Positions 42,286-51,934 of a stretch of 64,000 nt of DNA are shown here, piece after piece. Positions within the stretch are counted from its first letter, which is position 1, and every line of letters begins with the position of its first letter. Origin of the DNA: an uncultured delta proteobacterium (GTDB lineage: Bacteria > Desulfobacterota > Syntrophia > Syntrophales > UBA2185); the NCBI GenBank assembly GCA_963705275.1, contig OY970063.1, forward strand, positions 412,438 through 476,437, in the 5' to 3' direction. The notes beneath the pieces are model-generated. The model was not told the origin of the DNA. It worked only from the letters and a program-made list of their open reading frames with translations, and made no database searches. Made by a program: the position numbers and the translations under genes.

Positions 42286-45200
42286 ATGAAAGTGTTTCGT
42301 TCACATTTTTTGATCTGTGGAGGAACCGGTTGTCATGCTTCAGGAACTGGCAAGGTCAAGAAGGCCTTGATGGAAGAGATTGATAAGAGAGGTCTTTCAA
42401 AAGACGTCAAGATCGTTGAGACCGGTTGTAATGGATTCTGTGCCTTGGGGCCTATTATGGTGGCCTATCCCGAGGGCGTTGTGTATATGTCAATGAAAGC
42501 TGAAGATATGCCTGAGCTGGTAGAGGAACATTTGGTCAAGGGCAGAATACTTCAAAGGCTTCTCTACAAGGAACCCACGACGCAAGAAGTGATCCCCGCC
42601 ATGAATGACATACCCTTTTTCGCCCTTCAGGAACTGAGGGTATTGAGAAATAGAGGGCTCATTGACCCGGAAAACATCGATGAGGCAATTGCGAGGGATG
42701 CCTACTCTGGAATGGCTAAGGCCCTGACGGAAATGACGCCCGAACAGATTGTTAAGGAGGTTTTGGATTCAGGTCTACGAGGCAGAGGTGGGGCAGGCTT
42801 CCCCACAGGTCTTAAGTGGAGATTCTGCTCCCAGTCCCCCAGCGATTTGAAATATGTTCTCTGTAATGCCGACGAGGGAGACCCCGGAGCATTCATGGAC
42901 AGGAGCGTCCTCGAGGCTGACCCCCATGCCGTCCTCGAGGGAATGGTGATTGCCGCCAAGGCCATCGGCTCTCACAGCGGATATATTTACTGCCGTGCTG
43001 AGTATCCTCTGGCCATCCACCGGCTGAACGTCGCCATCGACCAAGCCAAGGCGTACGGCCTCCTCGGTAAAGATATTCTGGGGACTGGTTTTGATTTCGA
43101 TTTACAAATCTACCAGGGCGCTGGCGCCTTCGTCTGCGGCGAAGAGACCGCCCTGATGACTTCAATTGAAGGCAAGCGCGGCATGCCAAGGCCTCGCCCG
43201 CCCTTCCCTGCCATTGCGGGACTCTGGCAGAAACCTTCTATTTTGAATAACGTAGAGACCTTTGCCAATATCGCACAGATCATTTTGAAGGGTGCTTCCT
43301 GGTACAATGCTGTAGGGACAGAAAAGAGCAAAGGAACGAAGGTATTCGCTCTTACAGGAGACGTGAACAACGTCGGCCTCGTGGAAGTTCCCATGGGAAC
43401 CTCTCTCGGGCAAATTGTTTATGACATCGGTGGTGGAATCCCCCGCGGCAGGAAGTTCAAAGCCGCTCAGCTGGGCGGTCCATCCGGTGGCTGTATTCCC
43501 GCTGAGCATCTTAATGCTCCTATTGACTTTGAGCGCGTCACGGAACTGGGAGCCATCATGGGTTCCGGCGGTATGATCGTTCTGGATGAAGATAAATGCG
43601 CAGTGGACATGGCCCGTTTCTTTATGGACTTCGTTCAGGACGAGTCCTGCGGAAAGTGTACACCCTGCCGTGAAGGAACCAAGAGAATGCTTGAGATGCT
43701 GACGAACATCAGCCAGGGCAAGGGCAAGGAAGGAGACATCGAACTCTTGGAAGAGATGGCGGCCATAATCAAGAACGCATCGCTCTGCGGTCTAGGACAG
43801 ACGGCCCCGAATCCTGTGCTCAGTACCATTCGGTATTTCAGGGATGAATATGAGCAGCACATCAGAGATAAGCGTTGCAAAGCCGTCGTTTGCTCCGCCC
43901 TTTTCAAATCACCCTGTCAGCATACATGCCCGGCAGGTATGGACGTTCCGGCTTATATCGCCCTCATCAGGTCCGGACGTTTTGAAGATGCGTACAAGGT
44001 AATGTTGCAGACGAATCCCCTCCCCTCTGTGTGCGGAAGGGTCTGCGATCACAAGTGCCAGTCGAAGTGCCGCAGAGGCAAGCTTGACGAATCCCTTGCC
44101 ATCAAATTCTTAAAGAGATTTATTACCGACAATGCGCCGCGGCCCAAAATCACTCCCGTTAGTGTAACGCGGAAAGAAAGAATAGCCGTCATCGGCGCAG
44201 GGCCTGCCGGTCTGACGGCGGCTCGGGATCTGGCACGCAGAGGATATAAGGTAACTGTATTCGAGGAACTTTCGGAACCAGGTGGAATGCTCCGCTGGGC
44301 TATTCCTGCTTACAGGCTGCCGAGGGAAACCCTTGCCAGTGAAATTAATGACAATATTAAATCTCTGGGAGTAGAAATCAAATGCAATACCCGCGTGGGC
44401 AAAGACATTTCTTTTGAACAGGTGGGCAAAGATTTCGATTACATCTTCCTCGCGCCCGGTGCCCAAAAGAGCCAGCCCATGGGCGTTCCCGGAGAAAATC
44501 TAAAGGGCGTCTACGGAGGAGTTGAATTCCTCAGAGATTTTAATGCCAATGAGGAAGCCTGGTTGAGCGGCAAGAAAACGCTCGGTTCAAAAGTGGCTGT
44601 AATCGGTGGTGGTAATTCCGCTATCGATGCTGCCCGCGTTGCGCTCCGTCTGGGGGCCGATGTAACCATTCTTTACCGTCGCGAGAGAAAGGATATGCCG
44701 GCGGCTGAGGAAGAGATCATCGCTGCGGAAGAGGAAGGCGTCAAGATTGAATATCTTGTCGCCCCGCTAAAAATCAACGAAAAGGATGGCAAGATAAACG
44801 GCATCACCTGTCAGAGGATGAAGTTAAGTGAGTTCGACCGAAGCGGGCGAAAGAAACCTGCGCCAATTGCGGGCTCCGAATTTACCCTGAGCGTAGATGC
44901 CGTCGTCGCCGCAATCGGTCAGACGTCAGACATGACCTTCGTCCCCAAGGACAGCGGTGTGAATGTCAATAAATGGTCCACTTTTGATCTTGCCAAGGGA
45001 AGCAAATCTCAGACAACGAATCCAAAATTCTTCACCGGTGGTGATGCACTAACCGGACCCGACACCGTCATCGGCGCCATTGAGGCCGGACACCAGGCAG
45101 CCAGAGATATGGACAGCCACATCAGGAAAATCAACGGTGAACCTGCTTACGTGGAACCGCCTGAGGATAAGATTGAAATTCCCTTTATCATTGATGAGGA

Positions 45201-45348
45201 GGCCGTGGAAGCTCCTCAGGCAAAGATGCCGGAGTTGCACGGGCCTGAGCGTAAACGCAATTTCAAAGAGGTCGAATTGGGCTACTTGAGAGAAGTGGCT
45301 ATTCAGGAAGCGTGCCGCTGTCTGCGGTGCGATGCTGAAATCAGCTAA
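42286..45348 (+). CDS. Fusion protein: 2Fe-2S domain + NuoF/HydB-like FMN/NADH module + GltD/NfnB-like FeS-FAD-NAD(P)H module
   Basis: 1020 aa. N-terminus has CGGTGC...CNGFC. The NuoF part has GRGGAGFPTGLKW, ESCGKCTPCREG and SLCGLGQTAPNP. From about aa 545 (nt ~43,900) it has CQHTCPAGMDVPAYI...VCGRVCDHKCQSKC. Two Rossmann motifs follow (VIGAGPAGLTAA and VIGGGNSAIDAARV...ILYRR), then a terminal CLRCD. Confidence 0.88.
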   Translation: MKVFRSHFLICGGTGCHASGTGKVKKALMEEIDKRGLSKDVKIVETGCNGFCALGPIMVAYPEGVVYMSMKAEDMPELVEEHLVKGRILQRLLYKEPTTQEVIPAMNDIPFFALQELRVLRNRGLIDPENIDEAIARDAYSGMAKALTEMTPEQIVKEVLDSGLRGRGGAGFPTGLKWRFCSQSPSDLKYVLCNADEGDPGAFMDRSVLEADPHAVLEGMVIAAKAIGSHSGYIYCRAEYPLAIHRLNVAIDQAKAYGLLGKDILGTGFDFDLQIYQGAGAFVCGEETALMTSIEGKRGMPRPRPPFPAIAGLWQKPSILNNVETFANIAQIILKGASWYNAVGTEKSKGTKVFALTGDVNNVGLVEVPMGTSLGQIVYDIGGGIPRGRKFKAAQLGGPSGGCIPAEHLNAPIDFERVTELGAIMGSGGMIVLDEDKCAVDMARFFMDFVQDESCGKCTPCREGTKRMLEMLTNISQGKGKEGDIELLEEMAAIIKNASLCGLGQTAPNPVLSTIRYFRDEYEQHIRDKRCKAVVCSALFKSPCQHTCPAGMDVPAYIALIRSGRFEDAYKVMLQTNPLPSVCGRVCDHKCQSKCRRGKLDESLAIKFLKRFITDNAPRPKITPVSVTRKERIAVIGAGPAGLTAARDLARRGYKVTVFEELSEPGGMLRWAIPAYRLPRETLASEINDNIKSLGVEIKCNTRVGKDISFEQVGKDFDYIFLAPGAQKSQPMGVPGENLKGVYGGVEFLRDFNANEEAWLSGKKTLGSKVAVIGGGNSAIDAARVALRLGADVTILYRRERKDMPAAEEEIIAAEEEGVKIEYLVAPLKINEKDGKINGITCQRMKLSEFDRSGRKKPAPIAGSEFTLSVDAVVAAIGQTSDMTFVPKDSGVNVNKWSTFDLAKGSKSQTTNPKFFTGGDALTGPDTVIGAIEAGHQAARDMDSHIRKINGEPAYVEPPEDKIEIPFIIDEEAVEAPQAKMPELHGPERKRNFKEVELGYLREVAIQEACRCLRCDAEIS

Positions 45349-45380
45349 TCTCTCTTTAGCAATCAGAATTGTTTTACCTT

Positions 45381-45409
45381 GAACCCCGTCCCCTGGACGG
45401 GGTTCTTTT
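45381..45409 (+). terminator. Intrinsic terminator closing the operon
   Basis: GAACCCCGTCC-cct-GGACGGGGTTC 11-bp stem followed by TTTT. Confidence 0.7.
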
Positions 45410-45423
45410 ATGAAGTGGCGGAA

Positions 45424-45936
45424 ATGGCAGAGATAAAAAGCACGCTGGACATCATCATGGAACGGACAAAGAACCTGACCATGACGGATAAAGAGAAGGC
45501 ATCCTTCAAGCGGAAAGAAGCAGAAGGTAAAGTTAAAGGATGGATACAAAAATATAAGGATGGAATAGTCGGGCTTGATATACTGAGGTCAGACTTCGAG
45601 AAGGAGAGAAAAGAATATCCGGAAGTGCGCCAGATTCTCCAGTCGCAGCTCCTCGACTGCTTGAGACTGACTGGGGACAACGGAAAGATATTAAGACTTC
45701 TTGAAGATGTCCTTGGGATAAGTACAAATACCATTAAGAGTACGATTCAGTCTCTCAAGCAGGAGACGGAGATTCTGCGGAAGGAGAGAATGGCAACAGT
45801 CAGGGACGACCTTAGAGAAAAGAAGATATACGGATCAGCGGTTGTTCCCAATCCGGATCGCGACGGATATTTGCAGGAGAGCATACTGAAGGCGGAATCT
45901 GAGATGAGGAAACGGTTGAAGGCTCTTGAAGGATAA
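45424..45936 (+). CDS. Hypothetical coiled-coil protein
   Basis: The ORF is open from 45379, but that stretch is the terminator hairpin. The Met at 45424 (MAEIKSTLDIIMERTK...) is the first start after it. Confidence 0.5.
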   Translation: MAEIKSTLDIIMERTKNLTMTDKEKASFKRKEAEGKVKGWIQKYKDGIVGLDILRSDFEKERKEYPEVRQILQSQLLDCLRLTGDNGKILRLLEDVLGISTNTIKSTIQSLKQETEILRKERMATVRDDLREKKIYGSAVVPNPDRDGYLQESILKAESEMRKRLKALEG

Positions 45937-46007
45937 GGCCCCTACTTTCCTCAACCTGCAAAGGTGCGGATGAATGCGGCGCAACGGCAAGATTCTTTGC
46001 CGTGACG

Positions 46008-46649
46008 TTATAGATAATCGAACCAGTAGTTTTTTATCTTCTCGAAGTTCATCTTTACTTCTTTTTTCCCCGCCACAATCTCTCCATGCCCGGAGAGAAG
46101 ATACTCTACATCCATCTCCGATATCCTCTTGATACTCTCCTTGAGCATGCCGCCGTTTCCTCCGGGCAGATCGGTGCGTCCTATACTCTGGCTAAAGACC
46201 AGGTCGCCGGTAAACAACGCCTTCTTCAGAGGCCAGTAGAGACAGATGGACCCGGGGGAGTGTCCCGGAGTTGCTATCACCTCGAACCTCTCTTCACCGA
46301 TGACCAAATCTCCCCCTTGCAGGAAGAAATAAGGCTCCGGAATCTTAAAATATTTTCCGGCGAACTCGCTGATAAAACGGTACTCTTCAGCACTCATGGC
46401 AAGCATGGTAGATTTGCCAAGCCCTTGCACCGCCTCCAGATGATCAGGATGACCGTGTGTCGCGATAACAAGATCGATCCGCTCCGGAGAAATGCCCAGG
46501 GCATTCAAATTCTTAAGCACATTATCAAACAGATGCAGATGGCCGGGATCTACGAGGATCTTCAACTCACCATCGATAAGATAGGTATTGCAGTTGTTCT
46601 GTGCATGGGCCCTCCAAATGAAGGCATGGAGACCATCGAATATTTGCAT
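46008..46649 (-). CDS. MBL-fold metallo-hydrolase
   Basis: THGHPDH motif and later ATPGHSPGS. Confidence 0.88.
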   Translation of the reverse strand: MQIFDGLHAFIWRAHAQNNCNTYLIDGELKILVDPGHLHLFDNVLKNLNALGISPERIDLVIATHGHPDHLEAVQGLGKSTMLAMSAEEYRFISEFAGKYFKIPEPYFFLQGGDLVIGEERFEVIATPGHSPGSICLYWPLKKALFTGDLVFSQSIGRTDLPGGNGGMLKESIKRISEMDVEYLLSGHGEIVAGKKEVKMNFEKIKNYWFDYL

Positions 46650-46703
46650 GAGGTTAATCTTCTATCGTGTCGATTTGAGGAGTCGCTTCAAAATTACTTT
46701 CCC

Positions 46704-47183
46704 TCAGAATTCAATACTCAGATTGACCTGAGGCTCAAAAATCTTGCCAAGCGATTCAAGAGTATCCTTGTGCGGTGAGTTGAGGAACATGGAGGGAAGG
46801 GATTTGATAGTATTCACCTTGTCGCTCTCGCTTCCCGTTAATTGGCGTATATCCACCTTCATCTGATCCATCAGCACACGTGAAAAAGATATCGTGACAT
46901 TATGTATCTTGAGACCATTAAGCGGATTTTCATCTTTCTTATCCGCAGCTTCATGATAGATTGAAATGATCCTATCCATTTCCATAAATTCGCCGCGCGG
47001 GGAAGATACTATGTCGGCATCGATGCCCTGCACATATGATGCTAGTTCCGTCTTTGCCTTAAAAGGTTCCCACGCGCTGATCATCCCGGAGGCATTGCTA
47101 TCCACTCCTGTTACAAGCACTACAAGAAAAAGATAAATTAGCCAGGCGTATTTAAGCCCTCTTGACGTCTTCATATCAAACAT
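46704..47183 (-). CDS. Hypothetical exported protein
   Basis: N-terminal hydrophobic signal/anchor (AWLIYLFLVVLVTGV). I recognise no family. Confidence 0.45.
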   Translation of the reverse strand: MFDMKTSRGLKYAWLIYLFLVVLVTGVDSNASGMISAWEPFKAKTELASYVQGIDADIVSSPRGEFMEMDRIISIYHEAADKKDENPLNGLKIHNVTISFSRVLMDQMKVDIRQLTGSESDKVNTIKSLPSMFLNSPHKDTLESLGKIFEPQVNLSIEF

Positions 47184-47197
47184 TCTCGTGTTTCAGA

Positions 47198-49231
47198 TTA
47201 CGATGGAGGAACTTTCAGCTTCTGGTCGACATAGAGCACATCAGCTCGTTTGATTCGATTCAGCCTTCGTAATTCATCGACACTTGTGTTACATCGTTTG
47301 GCGATCTTATCAAGCGTATCGCCTTTCTTGACCCTGTATACGTTTGCCTTTGACTGATTGCCGGCAGCCTTTTCCGCTTGCCCTGCGTTTGCTTCCGCGG
47401 ATGGCAATCTTATTTTCCTGCCGACATACAGAGGTTCCTGCATCTTCATCTTATTCAGTCTTAACAGCTCACCGATAGTCGTATTGTTTCTTTTTGCTAT
47501 CTTGTCGATCGAGTCACCTTTCCTGACTATATAAACCGTCGTCTCCGGTTGAGGAGCGCGAGTCGGAGATTTCGTATCTCTTGGCGCCTCGACTGCCCCC
47601 TGCTTCTCCCCGGCCGTGTCGCTGACCGGCACCCTTAGGGTACGGCCGACGTAGAGAGGTTCTTCGAGCTTCATTCTGTTTAGCTTCAACAGGATACTGA
47701 TCGTAGTATTAGTATTCCTGGCTACTTTGTCAAGGGTGTCACCCCTCTTAACCTTATAAGCCTTGGTCATCAGGGCAGGCGCGGGAGGTGGAGATTTTTC
47801 ACCCGCACTAGATGCTTTGTCTCCTTCACTCTTCGAGTCGGAAATTTCCTTCTCTTGTATCGGCACCCTTAGCACGCGACCGGAGTATAAGGGATCGGTA
47901 ATTTTCATACCGTTGAGCTTTAAAAGGACGTTGATCTTCGTGTCATGCTTTCGCGCAATGATGTCGAGAGTATCGCCCGGCTTGATTGTATAGTTTGTGC
48001 TTGGCGGCAGTTCTACGTTGTCTTTTTTAGATGATTTTGAGCTCGCTTCCTCACTTTCCTCTTTTTTCTTTGAGGCAATGCGCGCGGTCGGGGGCTCCTG
48101 CGTAATCTGCGCAGGTAAAAATTCCGTTACGGAGGCTGCTATCGCCTTCGCGATCTCCGTTTGAAAGCCGCTGCTCCGCAACAGATTTTCTTCGCCCGGA
48201 TTTGATATGTAGGCCGTTTCGATAAGTATCGACGGAATCTCCGGCAGTTTCAGCACTATGAAGGGCGCCTCCTGAACTTTCCCGTATTTCACCTTGGTTA
48301 CACCGTTGAGATGCCTCATAACACAACTGCCAAAGGTTTTTGACAAGTTGATTGTATTTGTTTGAAACATGTTCAGGATGATGGGATCTGATTCATCGCT
48401 ATTCTCACCATTGGGGGAGCCCCCAATTATGTCGGCCATATTTTCATTCCTCGCCAGAAGCTTCGCGGCTTCACTGCTCGCCCCCCTTAGGGACAGGCAG
48501 TAAACAGAGCTGCCCCTTGCGCCTCTCTGCCTGAAGGCGTCCGCGTGGATACTCACGAATAGATCGGCCCCGTATTCCCGCGCTATTCTGAGTCTCTTCT
48601 TGAAAGGCACATAGTAGTCCCCGTCCCTCGTAAGAAAGGCACGGTAGCCTTCTTTCTTATTTAGGATGTCCCTCAGCTTCCTGCCGATTTCCAGGACGAC
48701 CTTCTTCTCCTGCGTCTTGTGCTTCCCGACCGCTCCCGGATCATCTCCTCCGTGTCCCGGATCGATGACGATAATTCTGTTCTTCGTTAGGACCTTCTCC
48801 TGTTCCCTCTTTTTGCTCTCCTGTTTCTCCACCTCGGGGAATTCAATATCAATGACGATACGGTCGGGTTTGTCCTGGAATTTCTTTTGTTTAAATACCT
48901 TCGTAATAACATTTTCGCCAATAGCCAATTCAATGCTCACGCCCTCCGGATGGGACGTTATCATTATATTGTCGATGCCCCGCTTCTTCAATATGATTTC
49001 ATGCGGAAAGTCCTCTCTCACACAGGTTTCTTCAAGATTAATAATCAATTTCTTGTCAGCTTCGTCGACAGTATAAGGGACATCGTCACTGACATCTATG
49101 ACAACTCTCGTATGATCGGGTGCAGCCCAATGTCGGATATTGAGGATATTGTGGAGGGCAAATACGGGACAAGCGTAAAAAATCACGCCCAGCAGGACAA
49201 GTGAAAATGTAAACCTATATGCTCGTGTCAT
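47198..49231 (-). CDS. N-acetylmuramoyl-L-alanine amidase with N-terminal AMIN-like domain and four C-terminal LysM domains
   Basis: Amidase_3 core (VIDPGHGGDDPGA...SIHAD...ETAYISNP). Four units of Y.V..GDTLDKIA......LL.LN......LYVG..L.VP. Confidence 0.9.
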   Translation of the reverse strand: MTRAYRFTFSLVLLGVIFYACPVFALHNILNIRHWAAPDHTRVVIDVSDDVPYTVDEADKKLIINLEETCVREDFPHEIILKKRGIDNIMITSHPEGVSIELAIGENVITKVFKQKKFQDKPDRIVIDIEFPEVEKQESKKREQEKVLTKNRIIVIDPGHGGDDPGAVGKHKTQEKKVVLEIGRKLRDILNKKEGYRAFLTRDGDYYVPFKKRLRIAREYGADLFVSIHADAFRQRGARGSSVYCLSLRGASSEAAKLLARNENMADIIGGSPNGENSDESDPIILNMFQTNTINLSKTFGSCVMRHLNGVTKVKYGKVQEAPFIVLKLPEIPSILIETAYISNPGEENLLRSSGFQTEIAKAIAASVTEFLPAQITQEPPTARIASKKKEESEEASSKSSKKDNVELPPSTNYTIKPGDTLDIIARKHDTKINVLLKLNGMKITDPLYSGRVLRVPIQEKEISDSKSEGDKASSAGEKSPPPAPALMTKAYKVKRGDTLDKVARNTNTTISILLKLNRMKLEEPLYVGRTLRVPVSDTAGEKQGAVEAPRDTKSPTRAPQPETTVYIVRKGDSIDKIAKRNNTTIGELLRLNKMKMQEPLYVGRKIRLPSAEANAGQAEKAAGNQSKANVYRVKKGDTLDKIAKRCNTSVDELRRLNRIKRADVLYVDQKLKVPPS

Positions 49232-49472
49232 ATTGTCAGATCTTTTGAATTTTGCGCCAATCTATCAGATTTATCATATGATTTCAATAGCCTTATGCTG
49301 ACACGCCAATGTTTGAAATTCATACCCGGAAGAACTGAATAACAATACAGGGCGCAAGAGACGTGTCCAATTTAACTTTAAAGAATTCTGCGACGTTTTC
49401 TGAAATATAAAACATATTGACAATTCCTTCTCGTGATGACATTTTCCCAAGGACATATTTTGGAGTAAGACT

Positions 49473-50342
49473 GTGAAAATTAGGGAACTACTTTCTCAAA
49501 AGAAATTTATCCTTTCGTTCGAGGTTTTCCCTCCGAAGAGAGAAGGCAATCTTGATAGTCTGTATGTCACGATTACGGAACTGTCGGAATCGAAGCCTGA
49601 TTTCATCTCTGTAACCTACGGAGCAGGAGGAAGCACGAGGGAGAAAACAATAGAAATATCCTCCAAGGTCAAGAATGAATTTAAGCTGGAGGTGCTGGCC
49701 CATCTCACCTGCGTTCAGTCCACCAGGGATGACATAGCGCGGATTCTCGATTGCCTTAAGGATGAAAACGTGGAGAACATCCTTGCCCTGCGGGGCGACC
49801 CGCCGGAAGGAATGGACAAATTCACAATGACGGAAGGCGGCTTCGGGCATGCGAACGAGCTTGTAGAATTCATCAGGGGCCGCGCCGACTTCTCGATAGG
49901 CGTTGCCGGTTATCCGGAGGGACACATCGAGGCCCCCAGCATTGAATTCGACATGAAGTATTTGAAGAGGAAGGTGGATGCGGGCGCGGACTTCATCATC
50001 ACCCAGCTATTCTATGATAACGACTTCTTCTACAGCTTTCGCGATCGCGCCATGGCACTTAAAATTGATGTTCCCATAATACCGGGGATATTCCCCATCC
50101 TGAACTACAACCAGATCAAACGGATTGCATCCCTTGCCGGCGTGAAGATACCGACGAAATTCGGCGAAAAGGTCGAAAAGAATAAAGACCGGCCGGAGGA
50201 CGTTGAGAAATACGGAATAGAATACGCAACCCTTCAGGCGGAGAACCTGATTAAGAACGATGTAGCAGGCCTGCATCTTTACTGCATGAACAAGAGCCAT
50301 CCGGTGAAGACGATCCTTGCTGAATTATCTTTACCCCGCTGA
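49473..50342 (+). CDS. metF: Methylenetetrahydrofolate reductase
   Basis: 289 aa with a GTG start, FEVFPPK, SVTYGAGGSTR and ALRGDPP motifs. Confidence 0.92.
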   Translation: MKIRELLSQKKFILSFEVFPPKREGNLDSLYVTITELSESKPDFISVTYGAGGSTREKTIEISSKVKNEFKLEVLAHLTCVQSTRDDIARILDCLKDENVENILALRGDPPEGMDKFTMTEGGFGHANELVEFIRGRADFSIGVAGYPEGHIEAPSIEFDMKYLKRKVDAGADFIITQLFYDNDFFYSFRDRAMALKIDVPIIPGIFPILNYNQIKRIASLAGVKIPTKFGEKVEKNKDRPEDVEKYGIEYATLQAENLIKNDVAGLHLYCMNKSHPVKTILAELSLPR

Positions 50343-50399
50343 CTCGAACAAATGGCGGGAACGCATGCTTCCCTGCACGATTAACAACCTGCATACGAC

Positions 50400-50476
50400 G
50401 GGCGATTAGCTCAGTTGGATAGAGCGCTGGTCTCCGGAACCAGAGGCCCCGGGTTCAAGTCCCGGATCGTCCGCCA
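50400..50476 (+). tRNA. tRNA-Arg (anticodon CCG), CCA encoded
   Basis: Hand-folded cloverleaf of 77 nt: acceptor GGGCGAT/ATCGTCC, D arm GCTC-AGTTGGATA-GAGC (A20), anticodon arm CTGGT-CTCCGGA-ACCAG, T arm CCGGG-TTCAAGT-CCCGG, discriminator G, then CCA. Confidence 0.9.
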
Positions 50477-51157
50477 AATAATATCAGCAATTTAGAAAAA
50501 AATTCTAAACCTTTACATTAATATCACACAGACGTTTCCAACTATATTTCCAACCTTTGTGGACTAACAGAATAAGCCATTTCCGACCCCTGCCCTTCCC
50601 GGCTAAGCATGCTTTAATAAGTTCATCCTGTAACTAACGTTTGACCACTCTCGAAAAAGCAGTAAATTTCTTCTAAGAATAGAGAACTTCTTTGAGCGGT
50701 TCGAGCTACGCCGAACGAACTACCATCGTATAGATTAAGACAACCATGGAAAATTAACACAGCTGGATTCACGTAAAATTCTTTAAAAAAGATCTTCCAG
50801 TGTTTTTGTCAACTGACACCGAAACAGAGACACTAATAGAAGAGTTGCTAAACTCTTGCAAGATAAACCCCAAGAATTTCATGCACAACTACTATCATGT
50901 GGCAAGAATTTATTAAGCGTATCATCTCGAAATCTATCGAATGTCTGAGTAACGAAAGCGACTCTCCCAGAAGAGTTCAAAAGAGGCCGTCCTCAAATAC
51001 ATCGACACTTTTACGGTATTTGAAGATATGCTTTGGGACTGACGAAACTTACAGAGATCATACTTCACTCTCTTTGGGTATTTTGATTGGTCATGAATTG
51101 TATAACCCGCCTTGGTGGTTACGACAGCATCAACATAGCAGGGCAGATCAAAATTGA

Positions 51158-51529
51158 CTATCGAAAGGAAAACTTTATTTCATCGCAGAAGCAAGTAGGC
51201 ACGAGAACACACATGGAAGCGATGTGGGGAATGATCTCATTCTGCATGACCTTGGATATCCTATTGAAAACATGATGAGAACCCAAAGCGTATTTCGTGA
51301 TATACTTGAGCCATTTGCAATTGATTTCAATTCGGTATTTCAAATTGATGTCGGCTCTCGTATCACTCTTTTGCATCAAAGTATTTGCGATCGCTCTCCA
51401 CATGTATAGGCCCGAAGGATAACCCACAACGAAGCAAAGAACCTTTACGAGAAGGCTAAGAAGGAAGGGAACACAGGTTATTGAGACGGCCACGACGAGC
51501 AAGGACGAGGGGATTGAGATAGAATTCAA
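51158..51529 (-). CDS. Hypothetical membrane protein, possibly a gene remnant
   Basis: TTG start and two N-terminal hydrophobic helices. After its stop, a further stretch of about 83 codons (to ~50,930) is open in another minus-strand frame and has no start codon. Confidence 0.25.
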   Translation of the reverse strand: MNSISIPSSLLVVAVSITCVPFLLSLLVKVLCFVVGYPSGLYMWRAIANTLMQKSDTRADINLKYRIEINCKWLKYITKYALGSHHVFNRISKVMQNEIIPHIASMCVLVPTCFCDEIKFSFR

Positions 51530-51757
51530 AATTGCTTCTGTGAATAAAGCACATTCGCTTGGAGTTCCATACTAGCTGTTAAAAACATCGATATCTGCCG
51601 AAGGTAACTATAAAGGTGGTGGCATCGTGATTATTTAAAGCTTTTAACTCAGAAAGATATTTTATATTCTATATTGCATCATACTTCCGAAGAGCCGAAG
51701 GATGAAGCCGTCAATCGCTTTCAGTTGTTTTATTATTATAGATGATATTAGGAAACC

Positions 51758-51934
51758 ATGAGATACAGTCGAGGCGGCAAATCAAGGGGGCTTAAATCAG
51801 AATATTGTGAAGTGGAGTGGGATATAGATAAAAATATGACAACAGTTAAACTTGACTACCAGGGCATAAGAACTGGATGCAAATCCAAATACTCACAATG
51901 GAAAACAAATACAAGATCCAAAATCGAGAAGTAA
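51758..51934 (+). CDS. Hypothetical 58-aa basic protein (below the ORF-track cut-off)
   Basis: ATG preceded by AGGAAA. Translation: MRYSRGGKSRGLKSEYCEVEWDIDKNMTTVKLDYQGIRTGCKSKYSQWKTNTRSKIEK. Confidence 0.3.
   Translation: MRYSRGGKSRGLKSEYCEVEWDIDKNMTTVKLDYQGIRTGCKSKYSQWKTNTRSKIEK

Noticed and set aside
46086-46778. 230-aa plus-strand ORF
   Set aside because: It is antisense to the MBL-fold hydrolase, which carries the diagnostic HGHPDH motif. It has no recognisable motifs of its own.
32505-49231. Repetitive DNA checked as possible CRISPR arrays (TPR units at 32.6-33.9 kb, PAS duplication at 37.3-38.0 kb, LysM units at 47.2-48.0 kb)
   Set aside because: All the repeats are in-frame protein-domain repeats inside long ORFs. 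There is no short direct repeat and unique spacer architecture, and no cas genes anywhere in the window.
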